A stretch of DNA of 64,000 nucleotides from the human T2T-CHM13v2.0 reference genome, Homo sapiens. The stretch is taken from assembly GCF_009914755.1 (NCBI RefSeq), contig NC_060932.1; one strand, 5' to 3'. Below, piece by piece: positions 11,918-25,970 of this stretch. The position numbers and the translations under genes were made by a program. The number at the start of each line of letters is the position of its first letter. Position 1 is the first letter of the stretch. The notes below the pieces were generated by a model that had not been told where the DNA came from, searched no databases, and saw nothing but the letters and a program-made list of their open reading frames with translations.

Positions 11918-14390
11918 TTCATTCAGGTTCATTCATTCATTCATTCAAAAAAAAATGTATTGAGCCCTGACTCAGCGTCACATCCTTCATTTCTAGATAC
12001 TTCAGTTACACGTGTGATCAGAACAAAGATCCTTGCCTGCCTGGAGCTTACATTCCAAAGGTAGAGGACATTTAAAATGCAATGGAAGTAATATATTAGT
12101 AAATGATCTGGTATGTTAGAAAGTAATGAATGCATATAGAGAAAATAATGTAGAATAGGATAAAGAGAGAATGAGGAGTGCTGAGGTAGGAAGTCAAAAT
12201 GTAACATTAGATAGGAAAATCAGCGTAGGTCTCAGTGAAAAAAAAATGACCTTGAGCAAAGACTGGAAGGAGGTGAGGGAATTTGTCAGGTAGAAAACTG
12301 GAGGAAGATTGCTCCAGGCAGGGGAAATAGCTAAGCAAAAGGCTAGGATATTGCTGAAATAAAGTGAAAATGGCTAGATGAATAAGAAAGGAAACCAAAG
12401 AGGGGAACATGTGGGAAGAGAAAGCAGATAATATAGGGCTGATATGGTTTGGCTGTGTCCCCACCCAAATCTCATCTTGATTTGCTCCCATAAGTCCCAC
12501 ATGTCATGGGAAGGATCCAATGGGAGGTAATTGAATTAAGGCGGGGGGGTAGGTCTTTCTCATGCTGTTCTTGTGATAGTGAATAAGTCTCACGAGATCT
12601 GATGGCTTTATAAAGGGGAGTTCCCCTGCACACGCTCTCTTGCCTGCCCCTATGTAAGACATGACTTTGCTGTTCATTCACCTTCCGCCATGATTGTGAG
12701 CCTCCCCAGCCATGTGGAACTGTGAGTCAATTAAACCTCTTTCCTTTATAAATTACCCAGTCTTCAGTATGTCTTTATTATCAGTGTGAGAACAGACTGA
12801 TACAAGGGCCTCTAGAGCTATCGTAAGAACCTTGGCTTTTACTGTGAGTAAAATGGGAACACATTGCAGGGTGCAGGGTTTTGAACAGAGAAGTCATCCT
12901 ATCTCAAACAGGTTTTAAAAGCATCACTCTGGCTGCTGTATTGAGAATTGAGCAGCCAGAAATTGGGGGTAGGGGTAAAAGCAGGGAGACCAGTTAGGAG
13001 GCCATTGGATCACCCATGCAATGATGACAGTGGCTTGGACCAGAATTACCGCAGTGGAGGTGGTAAGAACAGGACAGCCTCTACATATAATCTGAAGATA
13101 GAACTGACGGGGTTCTAGACAGGTTGCATTGAAGATGCGAGAAAATGAAGGAAGTGAAAAATGAATCCAAGGTTTTTGGCCTGAACAACTGGCAGGATGG
13201 AATTATCATTAAATGAGAAGACAGAGGCTATGGGTAAAATAAGTTTGAGGGGGAAGAGTAGTTTTGAACATGTCAAGTTTAAGATTAAACAGCAAAAAGG
13301 AATGTCAATAGGGCATTTGGATATTTTAGTCTGGGGTTCAGCGAGAAGATCCAGGTTAGATATATGTAACTGGGAGTCGCCAGCTTATTTGTGAAATTTA
13401 AAGCCATAAGACTGGATGAGATCATCAAGGGTGGAGTGTAGAGAAAGAAAAGAAGATAATCAAGATCTGAGCATTGGGGCATTCAAAAATTAAAAAGTTA
13501 AGGAGGAGCTACCAGCAGAGGAGATGAAGAAGGAAGCGTAAGTGACACTGGAGAAACCCAAGGGAGCATCGATATCTAATGTCGATGCAAGAAAGAAAAT
13601 GTTCTGGTAACTGATCTGAGAAGTGGAATCAAGGAAAGTTTATAAGTTTTGTTATTAAGATGGGGAAATGACAGCATGCTTGTGTGCTAGTTGGCATGAC
13701 CCAGTAGAGAGAAAAAAAATATGCAGGAGAGAGAGGGGAGAATTGCTGAAGCAATGCCCTTCAGCAGATGAGAGAGAATAGGATCTAACATAGGAGCAAA
13801 GGGATTAATCTTAGATAGCAATGCAAATAGTTGAAAAAGGAGAAAAACAGAGTATCCAGGTGAAGATGCTAACAGGTGAAAAAGGTGTCTAAGAGAAAGT
13901 GGGACAGTGAATGCACTAGGGAAATACAGTGTGATTGCCTAGCATTAAGAGACCACCTGAGGTTCGTGATCATGAATCTAAAAGCAAGACGACAGTCAAT
14001 GTGGTCCAGTGTCTTTCTCCAGCCACATTCAGCTTCCAAGGTGCAGACAGAGAGTAGGCAGAGTTGGATGTAACCAAGACTGGGATTTTGGCAAGGGAGT
14101 ACAAGTTCAACAAAGCAAGAGGGGGCAATGAAGTCATCATAATGATTGGCCATGAAGTACAAGTCAAGTAAGAAGAGGAGTAAGGACATGAAGGGTATTA
14201 AAAGGATGGTAGGATGAACGGACGGCAGGCACCAGTGGGGCTGGAAGATCATTGTGTACGGGACACTGACAGTGGAATGGAAAGACCACAGTGGTGATTA
14301 CCACATGGGATGCATGGAATTGAAATTATAGAGAAGTTACAGTTATTGTAAAGTGTTGCTGAGGATATGAGGGACAGAGGCAGGGTTTGA
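11918..14390 (-). mobile_element. L2a relic (~2.1 kb) interrupted by THE1B
   Basis: (TTCA)n terminus at about 11918-11947, followed by reverse L2a motifs (CTGGAGCTTACATTCC, CACTCTGGCTGCTG, GGTTTTTGGCCTGAACAACTGG). Right boundary approximate. Confidence 0.8.
12440..12804 (+). mobile_element. THE1B solo LTR
   Basis: TGATATGGTTTGGCTGTGTCCCCACCCAAATC...GACTGATACA; perfect 5-bp TSD AGGGC (12435-12439 / 12805-12809). Confidence 0.95.
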
Positions 14391-14584
14391 TAATTATTAA
14401 TATATGTGTTGCTGTCTGTGGTCTTCATCATTTTGGAAACACTTTCCTTATTATTTGAAATGCCTCTAGACTGTTCGTATATAGCAGCTAGGATTAATAT
14501 TTTATTCATTCTTCATAAAATCTCTTTCAATCTCACCTCAGTAGGTTGATTTTTGGTAATGAATTAACTACGAAGAGAGAGTAA

Positions 14585-14888
<304 letters not shown>

Positions 14889-15918
14889 GAGAGAGTAAAT
14901 TTCAACTGTGCTATTTTATCTACATTACCTACTTCTTTCTAGTGCACTAGTTAGATCACTGGTTTCTGTCATATCATTATTGTTTCACATTGTGTGGTCC
15001 ACATGGAATTAGGTGACTAGCTTTAATCACAGCTGTCAATACTTCCCATCAACTTGTATCCTGATATTATTAATGAATGACATTTCAGCATCCTATGATA
15101 CAGTATCTATTACTGGTTCTTGAAATTCCTGCTTTTCTAAGTTTACCTGTTGTTTGTTCTAAAACATACTGTGGCTCTGAGAAGCCACATACAACTTTAT
15201 TTTTGAGGGTTTTTTTGTAGGTGCTTCCTCTCATTTAAAGATTTCAGAACAGAGGGATGCTTTAAATGCTATTTTATTGATACAAAACACTAAGAGGCCT
15301 CCGATTTTGGTATCTATTAATTATGTATTTTAAGAAGAAGATGCAGTTAACTAATCCATTATTGCTGACATTTTCATCTGGGTGCAACCTGATTTTCGTC
15401 ATGTAGACCTTATTGAAGTTTAGAGAGATGGTTCTTCTTCTCCCCAGTTTCTTACAAAATTTACTTTATTTAGCAGAAGGAACCATTTTTTTTACTTTTT
15501 CTGTTTTATAGTATATTTCAGAAAACAGAATAATTATTTTACAGAATCTAACTATATATGTGCTATTGTAGTTTCCTTTTACACATAACATTACAATAAA
15601 CTTATTGAGAGGAGATAATTTATTGTCCATGGATAGAATTGCTGTTTCTAAATCTAAAACCTTATTTCTTTTACCAAATATAATTTGACTTGTTGCTATT
15701 TTGCTGCACTTACATGGGCAAAGAAACTGCATTATTTAATTTCAATAAATTATTGCATACTTGTATGTCTACAAATATACAAGTATTATACATTTTATAT
15801 AACTGTCCATGCATAATTGAATAACAGCATTAAAAAGAGGATATTATTTATGCCATTCCACCACTTCTGAAAAGGATTGCAAAAAAACTTTATAGTGGCA
15901 AAACAAATAACTCATTAA

Positions 15919-17742
15919 TTTTTTTATGTGGTTTTTAAATTTTTTTAATTTTTATTATACTTTAAGTTCTGGGTTACATGTGCAGAACGTGCAGTTTTGT
16001 TACATACGTATACACGAGCCCTGGTGTTTTGCTGAACCCATCCACCCATCATCTACATTAGATATTTCTCCTAATGTTATCCCTCCCGTAGACCCCCTTC
16101 CCCCGACAGGCCCCAGTATATGATGTTCCCCTCCCTGTGTCCACATATTCTCATTGTTCAACTCCCACTTATGAGTGAGAACATGCAATGTTTGGTTTTC
16201 TGATCTTGTGATAGTTTGCTGAGAATGATGGTTTCCAGCTTCATCCATGTCCCTGCAAAGGACACAAACTCATCCTTTTTTATGGCTGCATAGTATTCCA
16301 TGGGGTATATGTGCCACATTTTCTTAATCCAGTCTGTCATTGATGGATATTTGGGTTGGTGCCAAGTCTTTATTATTGTGAATAGTGCTGCAATAAACAT
16401 ATGTATGTATATGTCTTTATCATAGAATGATTTGTAATCCTTTGGGTATATGCCCACTAATGGGATTGCTGGGTCAAATAGTATTTCCAGTTTTAGATCC
16501 TTGAGGAATCGCCACAGTGACTTCCACAATGGTTGAACTAATTTATCTTCCTACCAACAGTGTAAAAGTGTTCCTATTTCTCCACAACCTCTCCAGCATC
16601 TGTCGTTTCCTGACTTTTTAATGATCGCCATCCTAACTGGCGTGAGATGGTATCTCACTGTGGTTTTGATTTGCATTTCTCTAATGACCAGTGATGATGA
16701 GCATTTTTTCATATGTCTGTTGGCTGCATAAATATCTTCTTTTGAAAAGTGTCTGTTCATATCCTTTGCCCATTTTTTGATGGGGTTGTTTGTTTTTATC
16801 TTGTAAATTTTTTTAAGTTCTTTCTAGATTCTGGATATTAGCCCTTAGTCAGGTGGATAGATTACAAAAATCTTCTCCCCTTCTGTAGGTTGCCTGTTCA
16901 CACTGATGATAGTTTCTTTTGCTCAGCAAAAGCTCTTTAGTTTAATTAGATCCCATTTGTCAATTTTGACTTTTGTTGCCATCACTTTTGGTGTTTTAGA
17001 TACGAAGTCTTTGCCCATGCCTATGTCCTGAATGGTATTGCCCAGGTTTTCTTCTAGGATTTTTACGGTCCTAGGTTTTACGTTTAAGTCTTTGGTCCAT
17101 CTTGAGTTGATTTTTGTAATAGGTGTAAAGAAGGGGTCCAGTTTCAGTTTTCTTCATATGACTAGCCAGTTTTCCCAACACCATTTATTAAATAGGGAAT
17201 CTTTCCCCATTGCTTGTGTGTGTCAGGTTTTCAAAGATCAGATGGTTGTAGCTGTGTGGTGTTATTTCTGAGGCCTTCATTCTGTTCCATTGGTCTATAT
17301 ATCTGTTTTGGTACCAATACTATGCTGTTTTGGTTGCTGTAGCCTTGTAGTGTAGTTTCAAGTCAGGTAGTGTGATGCCTCCAGCTTTGTTCTTTTGGCT
17401 TAGGATTGTCTTGACAATGCGGGCTCTTTTTTGGTTTCATAAGAACTTTAAAGTAGTTTTTTCCAATTCTGTGAAGAAAATCAGTGGTAGCTTGATGGGG
17501 ATACCATTGACTCTATAAATTACTTTGGGAAGTATGGCCATTTTCATGATATTGATTCTTGTTATCCATAAGCATGGAATGTTTTTCCATTTGTTTGTGT
17601 CTTCTCTTATTTCCTTTAGCAGTGGTTTGTAGTTCTCCTTGAAGAGGTCCTTTACATCCCTTGTAAGTTGGATTCCTAGGTATTTTATTCTCTTAGCCGC
17701 AATCGTGAATGGGAGTTCACTCATGATTTGGCTCTCTGTTTG
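15919..17742 (-). mobile_element. 5'-truncated L1PA7/8-like element (3' ~1.8 kb)
   Basis: Poly-T and reverse L1 3'UTR on the left. ORF-track peptides at 16158-16529, 16551-16760 and 17437-17724 are L1 ORF2 C-terminal sequence. Confidence 0.93.
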
Positions 17743-18097
17743 AAAAAAATATTCACAGACACTCAGAGATGGATTTCAGCATCTCACAAGCCTCATCCAG
17801 TAACTCACCTTGTTTTAATTGCCCACCAGGTATCCGCTGTATTTGGCACAGAGAAAACATAAGTAAAAGAAAACATTGCCATGTCCTAAGAAGCTCATTG
17901 TTTAGTGATGTAGACAATACTTACATAGCTCAGTTCAAAACAGAAAGATATGTGCTGAAATTGAGCCATCGATAAAATGTTGGCAAATCAAGGAGCTAGC
18001 GACTGTTTCACAGACAAAATGGCATTTAACCTGGGACTTGAAAGTTGAGTTTATTTAGGTAGGAAGGAAAAATGAGATTTTTTCAGGCATAGAAAAG

Positions 18098-18424
18098 TGG
18101 CAGTCTCCAACATTTTTGGCACCAGGGACTGGTTTTGTGGAACCAATTTTTCCATGAACACTGGGGATGGATGGTTTGGGGATGAAACTGTTCCACCTCA
18201 CATCATCAGGCATTAGTTAGATTCTCATAAGGAGCAAACAACCTAAATGCCTCACATGTGCAGTTCATGATAAATTTCGCGCTCCTATGACAATGTAATG
18301 CCACTGCTGATCTCACAGGAGGCGGAGCTCAGGCAGTAACGCTCGCCTGCCTGCTGCTCACCTCCTGCTGTGTGGCCTGGTTCCCAACAGGTCTCAGTTG
18401 CCGCTCAGGGGTCGGGAACCTCTG
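18098..18424 (-). mobile_element. MER1B (hAT-Charlie MITE)
   Basis: TTTTTGGCACCAGGGACTGG...GATTCTCATAAGGAG...GGAGGCGGAGCTCAGGC...GGGAACCTCTG; paralogous to 30238-30566. Confidence 0.88.
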
Positions 18425-18659
18425 CACTAACAAATGTTTTTAAAAAAATGCTTTTTCAGGAAACTGAAATAGTTTTTATATACCTGGAGTCTTGGGTGTG
18501 TGAAAGAAAGGGGATTTTTTTTTAATAAGAAACAAAAAGCATAGTTCAAGCATGCATTCAACATACATTTGTCGGCCTGCAACTTAGCCATGATTTGTAG
18601 TGGTCACTAGAGTGAAGAGCACTGATGGTGATGAAAATAGCTTATTACTATAGACAAGA

Positions 18660-18890
18660 TGATTTAGTGAGTAAACCAACTGATTGAAGTCAGACTACTT
18701 GTGTTCGAACCCCACTTAGGCTCATTGCTAATTATATGATCTCAGCTCAGTGGCTTATCCTCCCTGAGCCTCAGCTCTTTGGTCTGGAAAATGGGGGTAG
18801 TATGATGTTTGCCTTGCAGGGTTGTCATTCAGAAATATGACATAGCCCATGTAAGGTGTTTGCTGTACCTGCCAAATATTATTATTTTGA
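18660..18890 (+). mobile_element. MIR
   Basis: GTCAGACTACTTGTGTTCGAACCCC...CTGAGCCTCAG...AAAATGGGGGTA...CAGGGTTGT. Confidence 0.7.
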
Positions 18891-20729
18891 TATGCCATCA
18901 TTGTGCTCAGTGCTGTATCAGGCATTGAACCTAAGTCAAAAGCAACAGCAATTTAGAGGAAAAGCTAGAATCAAGAGTCACTCCTATGGTGGAACTGCCT
19001 CTGCTTCTACCTACACCACGGTCCTTCCAATCTCTTGATAAAAACCAAAGAGCTGAGGTTGTCAAAAGAAGAGTGAAAGCAGGGGTGCGTCTTGGGGCTG
19101 CATCACACAGCATGCAAACTTCAACTACTGCAGCTATTCCCACACTTTGCATGTGGCACTTGTACCTCCCCTCTTGCAGGGTTGCCTACAAGATCTGGTT
19201 CAAGGTGTCAAATGTTATTACTCTCTCTCTTCCGAGTATGGGATAATGTCCATGGTCATGACTGATAGGATGTGCTAATGTTCATAATCAGGCAAAGCTT
19301 TCATTAAAAATCAGACAGCTTAGTACCTTGATACTGTATCAAAAAAGTCTATACGTTAAGAGGAAATAACTGAAGTAGCAATTTACGTAGGTTTATATAC
19401 CTTATCACTATCATTAGCAACAGTTTTAAATAGTAGCTTCATAGATGAATGATATTATAAAGTTTGCAAAATTATATACTGATAAATGTGGCATCTCCTA
19501 TAGGCCAAAAGTGTCTCCCTGCTAATTAAAGGCCTACTTAATTTGTAATATGATTTTTCCTATCTTGAGTTATATATGAACTATATTTTGGCCTATTACT
19601 TTATATATGTCTTCTTTCTCCTGGAGATCTACAGCTTTTCTTTTAAAATATAGACCTAGAAAGGAGGATTTTTGCTCGTTTTTCCCTATTTTTTTTTTTT
19701 TTTTTTTTGCACTACATTTCTTCCTTTTCAGAAGTCTTGAAGATTTTTACGTATTGCCTTTGGTTAACAGCACAAGGTAACTCAGTGTGTAATTTGTTGT
19801 GATTGATATATTTTTAAACTTCAAATACTTTTTGAAAGTAAATAATCCTATGGATATGAATTAGTTGCTAAACAGTTTTTATCTTCATTTAAGACTGATC
19901 ATGCCATGAATTATTTGAAACATACATGAGAATGAGAATTTGCCTTTAATGAGAATGAAGCTGTTTGTCCCCAACTGACTCCTCCTCACCATCTTCATGT
20001 TACTTCCAGGGAGTGAACCATCATTCGGAATTGCAATGTTGCAAGAGGAGACTTTAAGTAACCTATAAGTAACCTATCAATGTTGAAGGATGGCAAGTCC
20101 AATTTTTCAGTTACTTATGTTTTTCTTGGTAATTTTAGGTTGGCCTACCGGATCTGGTAACCCAAAGGAGACTTAGATTTCCTTGACCCTATGGGTCTAT
20201 GACTGGCCGAATCTCTGAATTTATTATCTTCTGGGGTTAGAACAATAGAGTTTCTTTAGAAGGTTAACACTCCTTCCCTTTTTACTACCTTCTCCTACTT
20301 TATTTTTCATTTCTCATCTTTCAGTTTTGTTTTCTCTCTGTGCTCTCTCTACCTCCCTGCAAGAAGTGTTTTCTGTGAGAGCTGTGTTTGAACAAATCAA
20401 AGGTGGTCAACCTGACTATTTGTTAGTCTGACTTAGAGCCCTGTTAGAATGTTGTGAAGGAGGGAACTAGTCAATTCAGTTCTGTGCTTTGATGGTTTCC
20501 TAATTTACTCAGCAGTAATTCAGCCTGTAATCACCCGATTTCATCACCACCCAAAAACATTACTTGAAAGCAGTACTCAGGTGGATTTTCTTTCAAATGG
20601 GTAATCTAAAATAGTAAAACAGGCTGGGGGATCTGGCAGTAAGCACATAAAACATTCTTGTTTTGAGTTACATGACTTGTGAAAATGAATTTCTTCATTT
20701 CATGATTTTGTAATTACAAATATATGAGG

Positions 20730-21133
<404 letters not shown>

Positions 21134-21429
21134 TTATATATAAAATGACATTTCAATAACCTTTGTGATTCAAAGAACACTGAAATGTTTATGTCAGCCC
21201 AAGTCAATTTGAGACTCAAGAACCAGAATGCATTAAAAAATCATTAATGCCTTTGAGAATGGACCGGTAGTGTATGTGACAGTGATATCAATTTAAATAC
21301 ACGCCTAAAAATACAACTAAGCAGCAATCTACGAGCTCTTCTAAGATTTATGTTATTGCCCAAGCTTTAACTTCTTATTTTCTTTCTCAATTTAACAATT
21401 ATAGTAATTATAGTCATCATAGTCCTTAA

Positions 21430-22210
21430 GAAAAATATGGAATACAGGAAAAAATTACATGAAGGATAAGAGGACATTATTGATTCATTCCAGCTCACAA
21501 ATACTATCTCTATAAATGTTTTAGCTCGCTTCTAAACTCTGTTCCTATGTTTCGGTTATTCATATATTAGTTTACTGATTTTATATTTATCCAGTTTCTT
21601 TCACTTTTTTAAAATGCATATTACTCCACTTCTGCATAATTTTAAACATAATTGTAATGGTAATTAGTTAATTATGATTACATTAATGAGCATAATTAAT
21701 AATCCTCGTTCAGTGGATATACAGTGTCTCATTTAACCATTATTTGAACATTGAAGTTATTGCCAAGATCTTTTTCCCTACGAGAAACATTTTCATGACG
21801 GTCCTTTTTGTGCTCACATAGATTTGCCTCTACATACACACACATTTCTGATTGTTTCCTTAAGACAAAGCACAGAGGAGGAAATATTTTGTAAAGAGTT
21901 TAAGAACTTCTAGAGAGTATATATTTATTTCATATAATTAGTTATAAATCTATTATATGTGATAAATACACATTAAATATGTATTTATATTTTATATATA
22001 ATTTTATATATTTATATTTTATATGCAAATATATATTTATATATCACATATAATTATATATAAATATATAATATATGATCTAAATATACAGTTATATACA
22101 TTTATAACTTTCAAATATATAAATACTTCATATATATGTGTGTGTATATATATTTAAAAGAGTTGTTCCAGTTTTTATTGCCGTCATTAAAGTTTGAAGT
22201 GCCCATTTCT
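21430..22210 (-). mobile_element. Old L1ME-like 3' relic containing a TA-rich low-complexity tract (~21915-22155)
   Basis: Degenerate reverse L1 motifs (CATTTAACCATT...GAACATTGAAGTTATTGCCA, CCAGTTTTTATTGCCGTCA...GTGCCCATTTC). Confidence 0.45.
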
Positions 22211-22501
22211 GCTTGCTATAAGAGTTAACTTACATGCTTCACGATACAGGACCATCCTCCAGTTCTCGCATTTAAACGTTGTCCCAATTTATACTTCCTC
22301 AGTCCTGTTTAGTGCTGGTCTATTGTTTACCTTCCCTATATGCCAAACACCACACTAACAGTAATACGAAATACAAAAAAAAAAAAAAGAGGTCTACCTC
22401 ATCAAGGAGTTCATAGTGTAGAAGAGAAGATGAGGTTTATTTACAAATAACATAACACCACAAACAACAGTGGCTTCAACAAGACAGAAATATATTTCTC
22501 A

Positions 22502-23227
22502 ACCACAACGAGATACCATCTCACACCACTCAGAACAGCTATTATTAAAAAGTCAAAAATAGCAGATCCTGGCGTGGTTGTGGAGAAAAGAGAATGCTTA
22601 TACACTGTTGGTGGGAGTGAAAGTTACTTCAACCATTGAGGAAAACAGCGTGGCAATTCCTCAGAGAGCTAAAAATACAACTACCATTTGACCCAGGAAT
22701 CTATTACTGGGTATATACCCAAAGGCATATAATCATTCTTTCATAAAGACACACGCACATGTGTGTTCATTGCAGCACTATTCACATTATCAAAGTCATG
22801 GAATCAAGCTAAATGCCCATCAATGGCGGATTAGATAAAGAAAATGTGCACACATACACCATGAAATATTATGCAGCCATATAAAACAACAACATTAAGT
22901 CTTTTGCGAGAAGATGGATGGAGCTGGAGGCCGTTATCCTTAGCAAATTAATGCAGGAACAAAAAAACAAATACCCGATGTTGTCACTTATGAATGGGAG
23001 CTAAGTGATGAGAACACATGGACACAAAGAGGAGAACAACAGGCACTGGGGCCTACTTGAGGGTGGAGGGTCGGAAGAGGGAGAACATCAAGAAAAATAA
23101 CTATTGGGTACTGGGCTTAGTACCTGGGTGACAAAATATTCTGAACAACAAACCCCTGTGACACCAATTTACCCATATAACAAATGTGCACATATACCCT
23201 TGACCCTAAAATAAAAGTTTTTTCAAA
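22502..23227 (+). mobile_element. 5'-truncated L1PA15/16-like 3' end
   Basis: ORF2 C-terminus plus 3'UTR (GGGGCCTACTTGAGGGTGGAGGG...AAAATAAAAGTT). TSD AGAAATATATTTCTCA / AGAAATGTATATCTCA (22486-22501 / 23228-23243). Confidence 0.9.
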
Positions 23228-23544
23228 AGAAATGTATATCTCACTTAAAAATAGAAAGAATTTCACAGTTAGGCAGCTAAGTACTAGCACAGGGCTCTGC
23301 AAAGTCGTTAGGGGTTCAAACAGTTTGCAGTTCACTGTTCACTACCACTAAAGTGAGGTCCTCCATTGCCTGATCCAAAAAGCCTCCAGAGCTCTAACCA
23401 ACACTGAACTCCAGGGATAATGAAAGAAAAGAATCATCTCTTTAAGGAAACATCCAAGAAATTGACTTAACTCTTCTACTCACATTGGCCAAAATGTAGT
23501 TACATATCCATACCTGACTACAGAGTAGACTATAGAATTTGGTC

Positions 23545-23894
23545 TTTTTTTGTTTTCGTTTTTGTTTTTGTTGTTGTTATTTTTTGTTGTTCTTGTTGTT
23601 GTTTTTTGAGTCAGAGTCTCACTCTCTGTCCCTCAGAATGGAATGCAGTGGCACAATCATAGCTCACTGCAACCTCAAACTGGGCTCAAGCAATCCTCCT
23701 GCCTCAGCCTCCTAAGTAGCTAGGACTACAGGTGTGTGCTACCACACCCAGGTAATTTGAAAAAAAAACATCTTTTGTAGAGACAGAGTCTTGCCACGTT
23801 GCCCAAGGTGCTCTCAAACTCCTGGCCTCAAGTGATTCTCCTGCCTGGCTTCCCAAAGTGCTAGGATTCCAGGAATAAGCCACCACACCTGGCC
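23545..23894 (-). mobile_element. AluJ with (TTG/TTTG)-type tail
   Basis: Reverse dimeric Alu with J diagnostics, flanked by AGAATTTG on both sides. Confidence 0.9.
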
Positions 23895-23928
23895 AGAATT
23901 TGTATTTTTTGTTTGAAGAGAAGCAATA

Positions 23929-24126
23929 TTTCCTTAATGGTTGAACTAATTTTCACTCCCACCAACAGTGTATAAGCATTCCCTTTTCTCCACAACCTCA
24001 CAACCCTCTGCTATTTTTTGACTTTTTGTTAATAGCTATTCTGACTGGTGTGAGATGGTATCTCGTTATAGTTGAGAAATATGTTTCTGTCTTGTTGAAG
24101 CCGCTGTTGTTTGTGGTGTTATGTTA
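23929..24126 (-). repeat. Inverted copy of 22448-22644 (MLT1 flank plus L1 5' junction)
   Basis: The reverse complement aligns end to end with 22448-22644, about 19 differences by eye (~90%). Confidence 0.93.
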
Positions 24127-24127
24127 A

Positions 24128-24387
24128 GGAGACCAAGGCACGAGGATCACTTGAAGCCAGGAGTTCAAGATCAACCTGGGCAACATAGCGAGACCTCATC
24201 TCTACAAAAAATACAAAAATTATCTAGGCATGGTGGCGCATGCCTGTAGCTCTAGCTACTCAGGAGGCTGAAGAGGGAGCATTGCTTGAGCCCAGAAGGT
24301 CAAGATTGCAGTGAGCCAACATCATGCCACAGCACTCCAACCTGGGCAACAAAGTGAGACCGTGTCTCTAAAAAGAAAAAAAGAAAA
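24128..24387 (+). mobile_element. AluJ lacking its first ~40 nt
   Basis: Begins at GGAGACCAAGGC immediately after the inverted duplication; ends in an A-rich tail. Confidence 0.9.
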
Positions 24388-25030
24388 CTGCATGCAGTTT
24401 AGTGCCACTAGAGAAGGAACAGAAGGAATGAATATCAAAAGATAAATATAAATATGTAGACAGAGCCAGATACTGAAGAACACTCCATATTTAGTACTTG
24501 CAAACTGATTGATTTCAGTGGGTTTTGTTACAGAGATTGATGCTGCTGTATGAATTTATAAATAAGCGAGCTCTATATAATTTAACATTAAATCAGGCTT
24601 TCTCATTTGACTTCTCACTTGAGTTACATCCCAGTTATTCACAGGGGAAAAACTTGGACCATTATAGTAAAATAGTATATAGTTCCTTAAATGTACTTTA
24701 ATCTCAAAGGAATTTTTTTAGCTGTCCCAATAGGCATTCTATTTTCTTTAACTTCTGTTCAAATTCTGGGAATATGTTAGTCATATGGACAATAAGCCAC
24801 ATTCTTTATACTCCTGTATTTAAATGCATTATTCCACATGGTTAATTTTTTATCCGTTTTGCATTCATTCCACCTCCATAGCACTTATATTCATAAGCAA
24901 CTACAATGGCTAAATATCACTGCCCATCTTATTTAGCACAATATATAAGCTAAAAGAGGAGTTTTCTAAGCCGGTTTAAAGTAGTAAAATATCTATGATA
25001 GGACAAACATGCTATTAATAAATTTTTTTC

Positions 25031-25152
25031 AAGGCTGAGGCAGGAGAATGACTTGAGCCCCAGTGTTCAAGGTCACAGTGAGCTGTGATTCACTGCTGAT
25101 CTCCAGCCTGGACAACACAGCAAGACCCTGTCCATAAAACAAATAAATAAAT
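25031..25152 (+). mobile_element. Alu right-arm 3' fragment (J-like)
   Basis: AGGCTGAGGCAGGAG...CTCCAGCCTGGACAACACAGCAAGACCCTGTC followed by (AAAT)n. Confidence 0.85.
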
Positions 25153-25804
25153 AGAAGTGTTACAACTGCCATTCTTAAAAAATAATAAAGTTTTTCTTAT
25201 GTAATAGTTAATTGCATTTTTGTTATCTATACTCATTTGAAGAATTTGTCATATTGACTAAAAACTATTTACACCAATAAATGGCCCACAAGTAATTTAC
25301 AATAATGCAAATATTAGTCCTTTACCTTTCCCCCTCTATGTCTGCTCCCCTATCCCTTGACAATATTCAGTCCTCTGACTTCTCAGTTTTCTTCCAATCC
25401 ATCATCCCCTTTATGGCCTCTCTTGCTGCCCTCCAACCTAGACACCAAGGTGCATCATTTCAATTTTTCTCTTACTAGGAATGTCAGCATTTTTGACATC
25501 TTATCTTTTTACTATGTCCTCGGATCATTTGGCTTTTCTGCTCACATACCTGAGATGGCAAATGCCCCTAAATATACTGTACAATCATGCAAATTTATGT
25601 TCTTCTATATCAGTTTTTAAAATTTGGAATCACTTAGGACTGTGTTCTGTGTAACACCCATAATACTTACTCTGAAGTTTCATTCCTATCCTCTCTTCAC
25701 TACCAACTCAGCATATTTCCTTGCCTCCTGCTTTATAATGGAGTTATACCCTATCTCCTAAACCACCATCTCTACACATAAACCTACCCACTCTGCTTTC
25801 TATA

Positions 25805-25970
25805 GGATTATACTCTTTTCAAGTGCATTTGAAGATTCACCAAGATAAACCACATTCAGGATCACAAAACAAACTTTATTAAATTTGATAGAATTGAAAT
25901 CACTCTAAGTAAAATTTCTGGCCATAAGACAATTAAACTGAAAAACAATAACAGAAGATAACAGGAAAAG
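25805..25970 (+). mobile_element. Old L1M ORF2 endonuclease-region fragment (inverted relative to its neighbour)
   Basis: TCTTTTCAAGTGCA...TTCACCAAGATAAACCACATT...AATTAAACTGAAAAACAATAACAG. Confidence 0.75.

Larger units (their letters stand above)
22445..24445 (-). mobile_element. MLT1 (K/J-like) LTR relic fragmented by an L1, two Alus and an inverted duplication
   Basis: AACAACAGTGGCTTCAACAAGACAGAAATATATTTCTC...CACATTGGCCAAAATGTAGTTACAT...GAAGGAATGAATAT motifs continue across the insertions. Confidence 0.55.

Noticed and set aside
13869-14509. Cluster of overlapping 65-127-aa ORFs
   Set aside because: Mostly within the L2a relic, with no consistent frame or recognisable protein.
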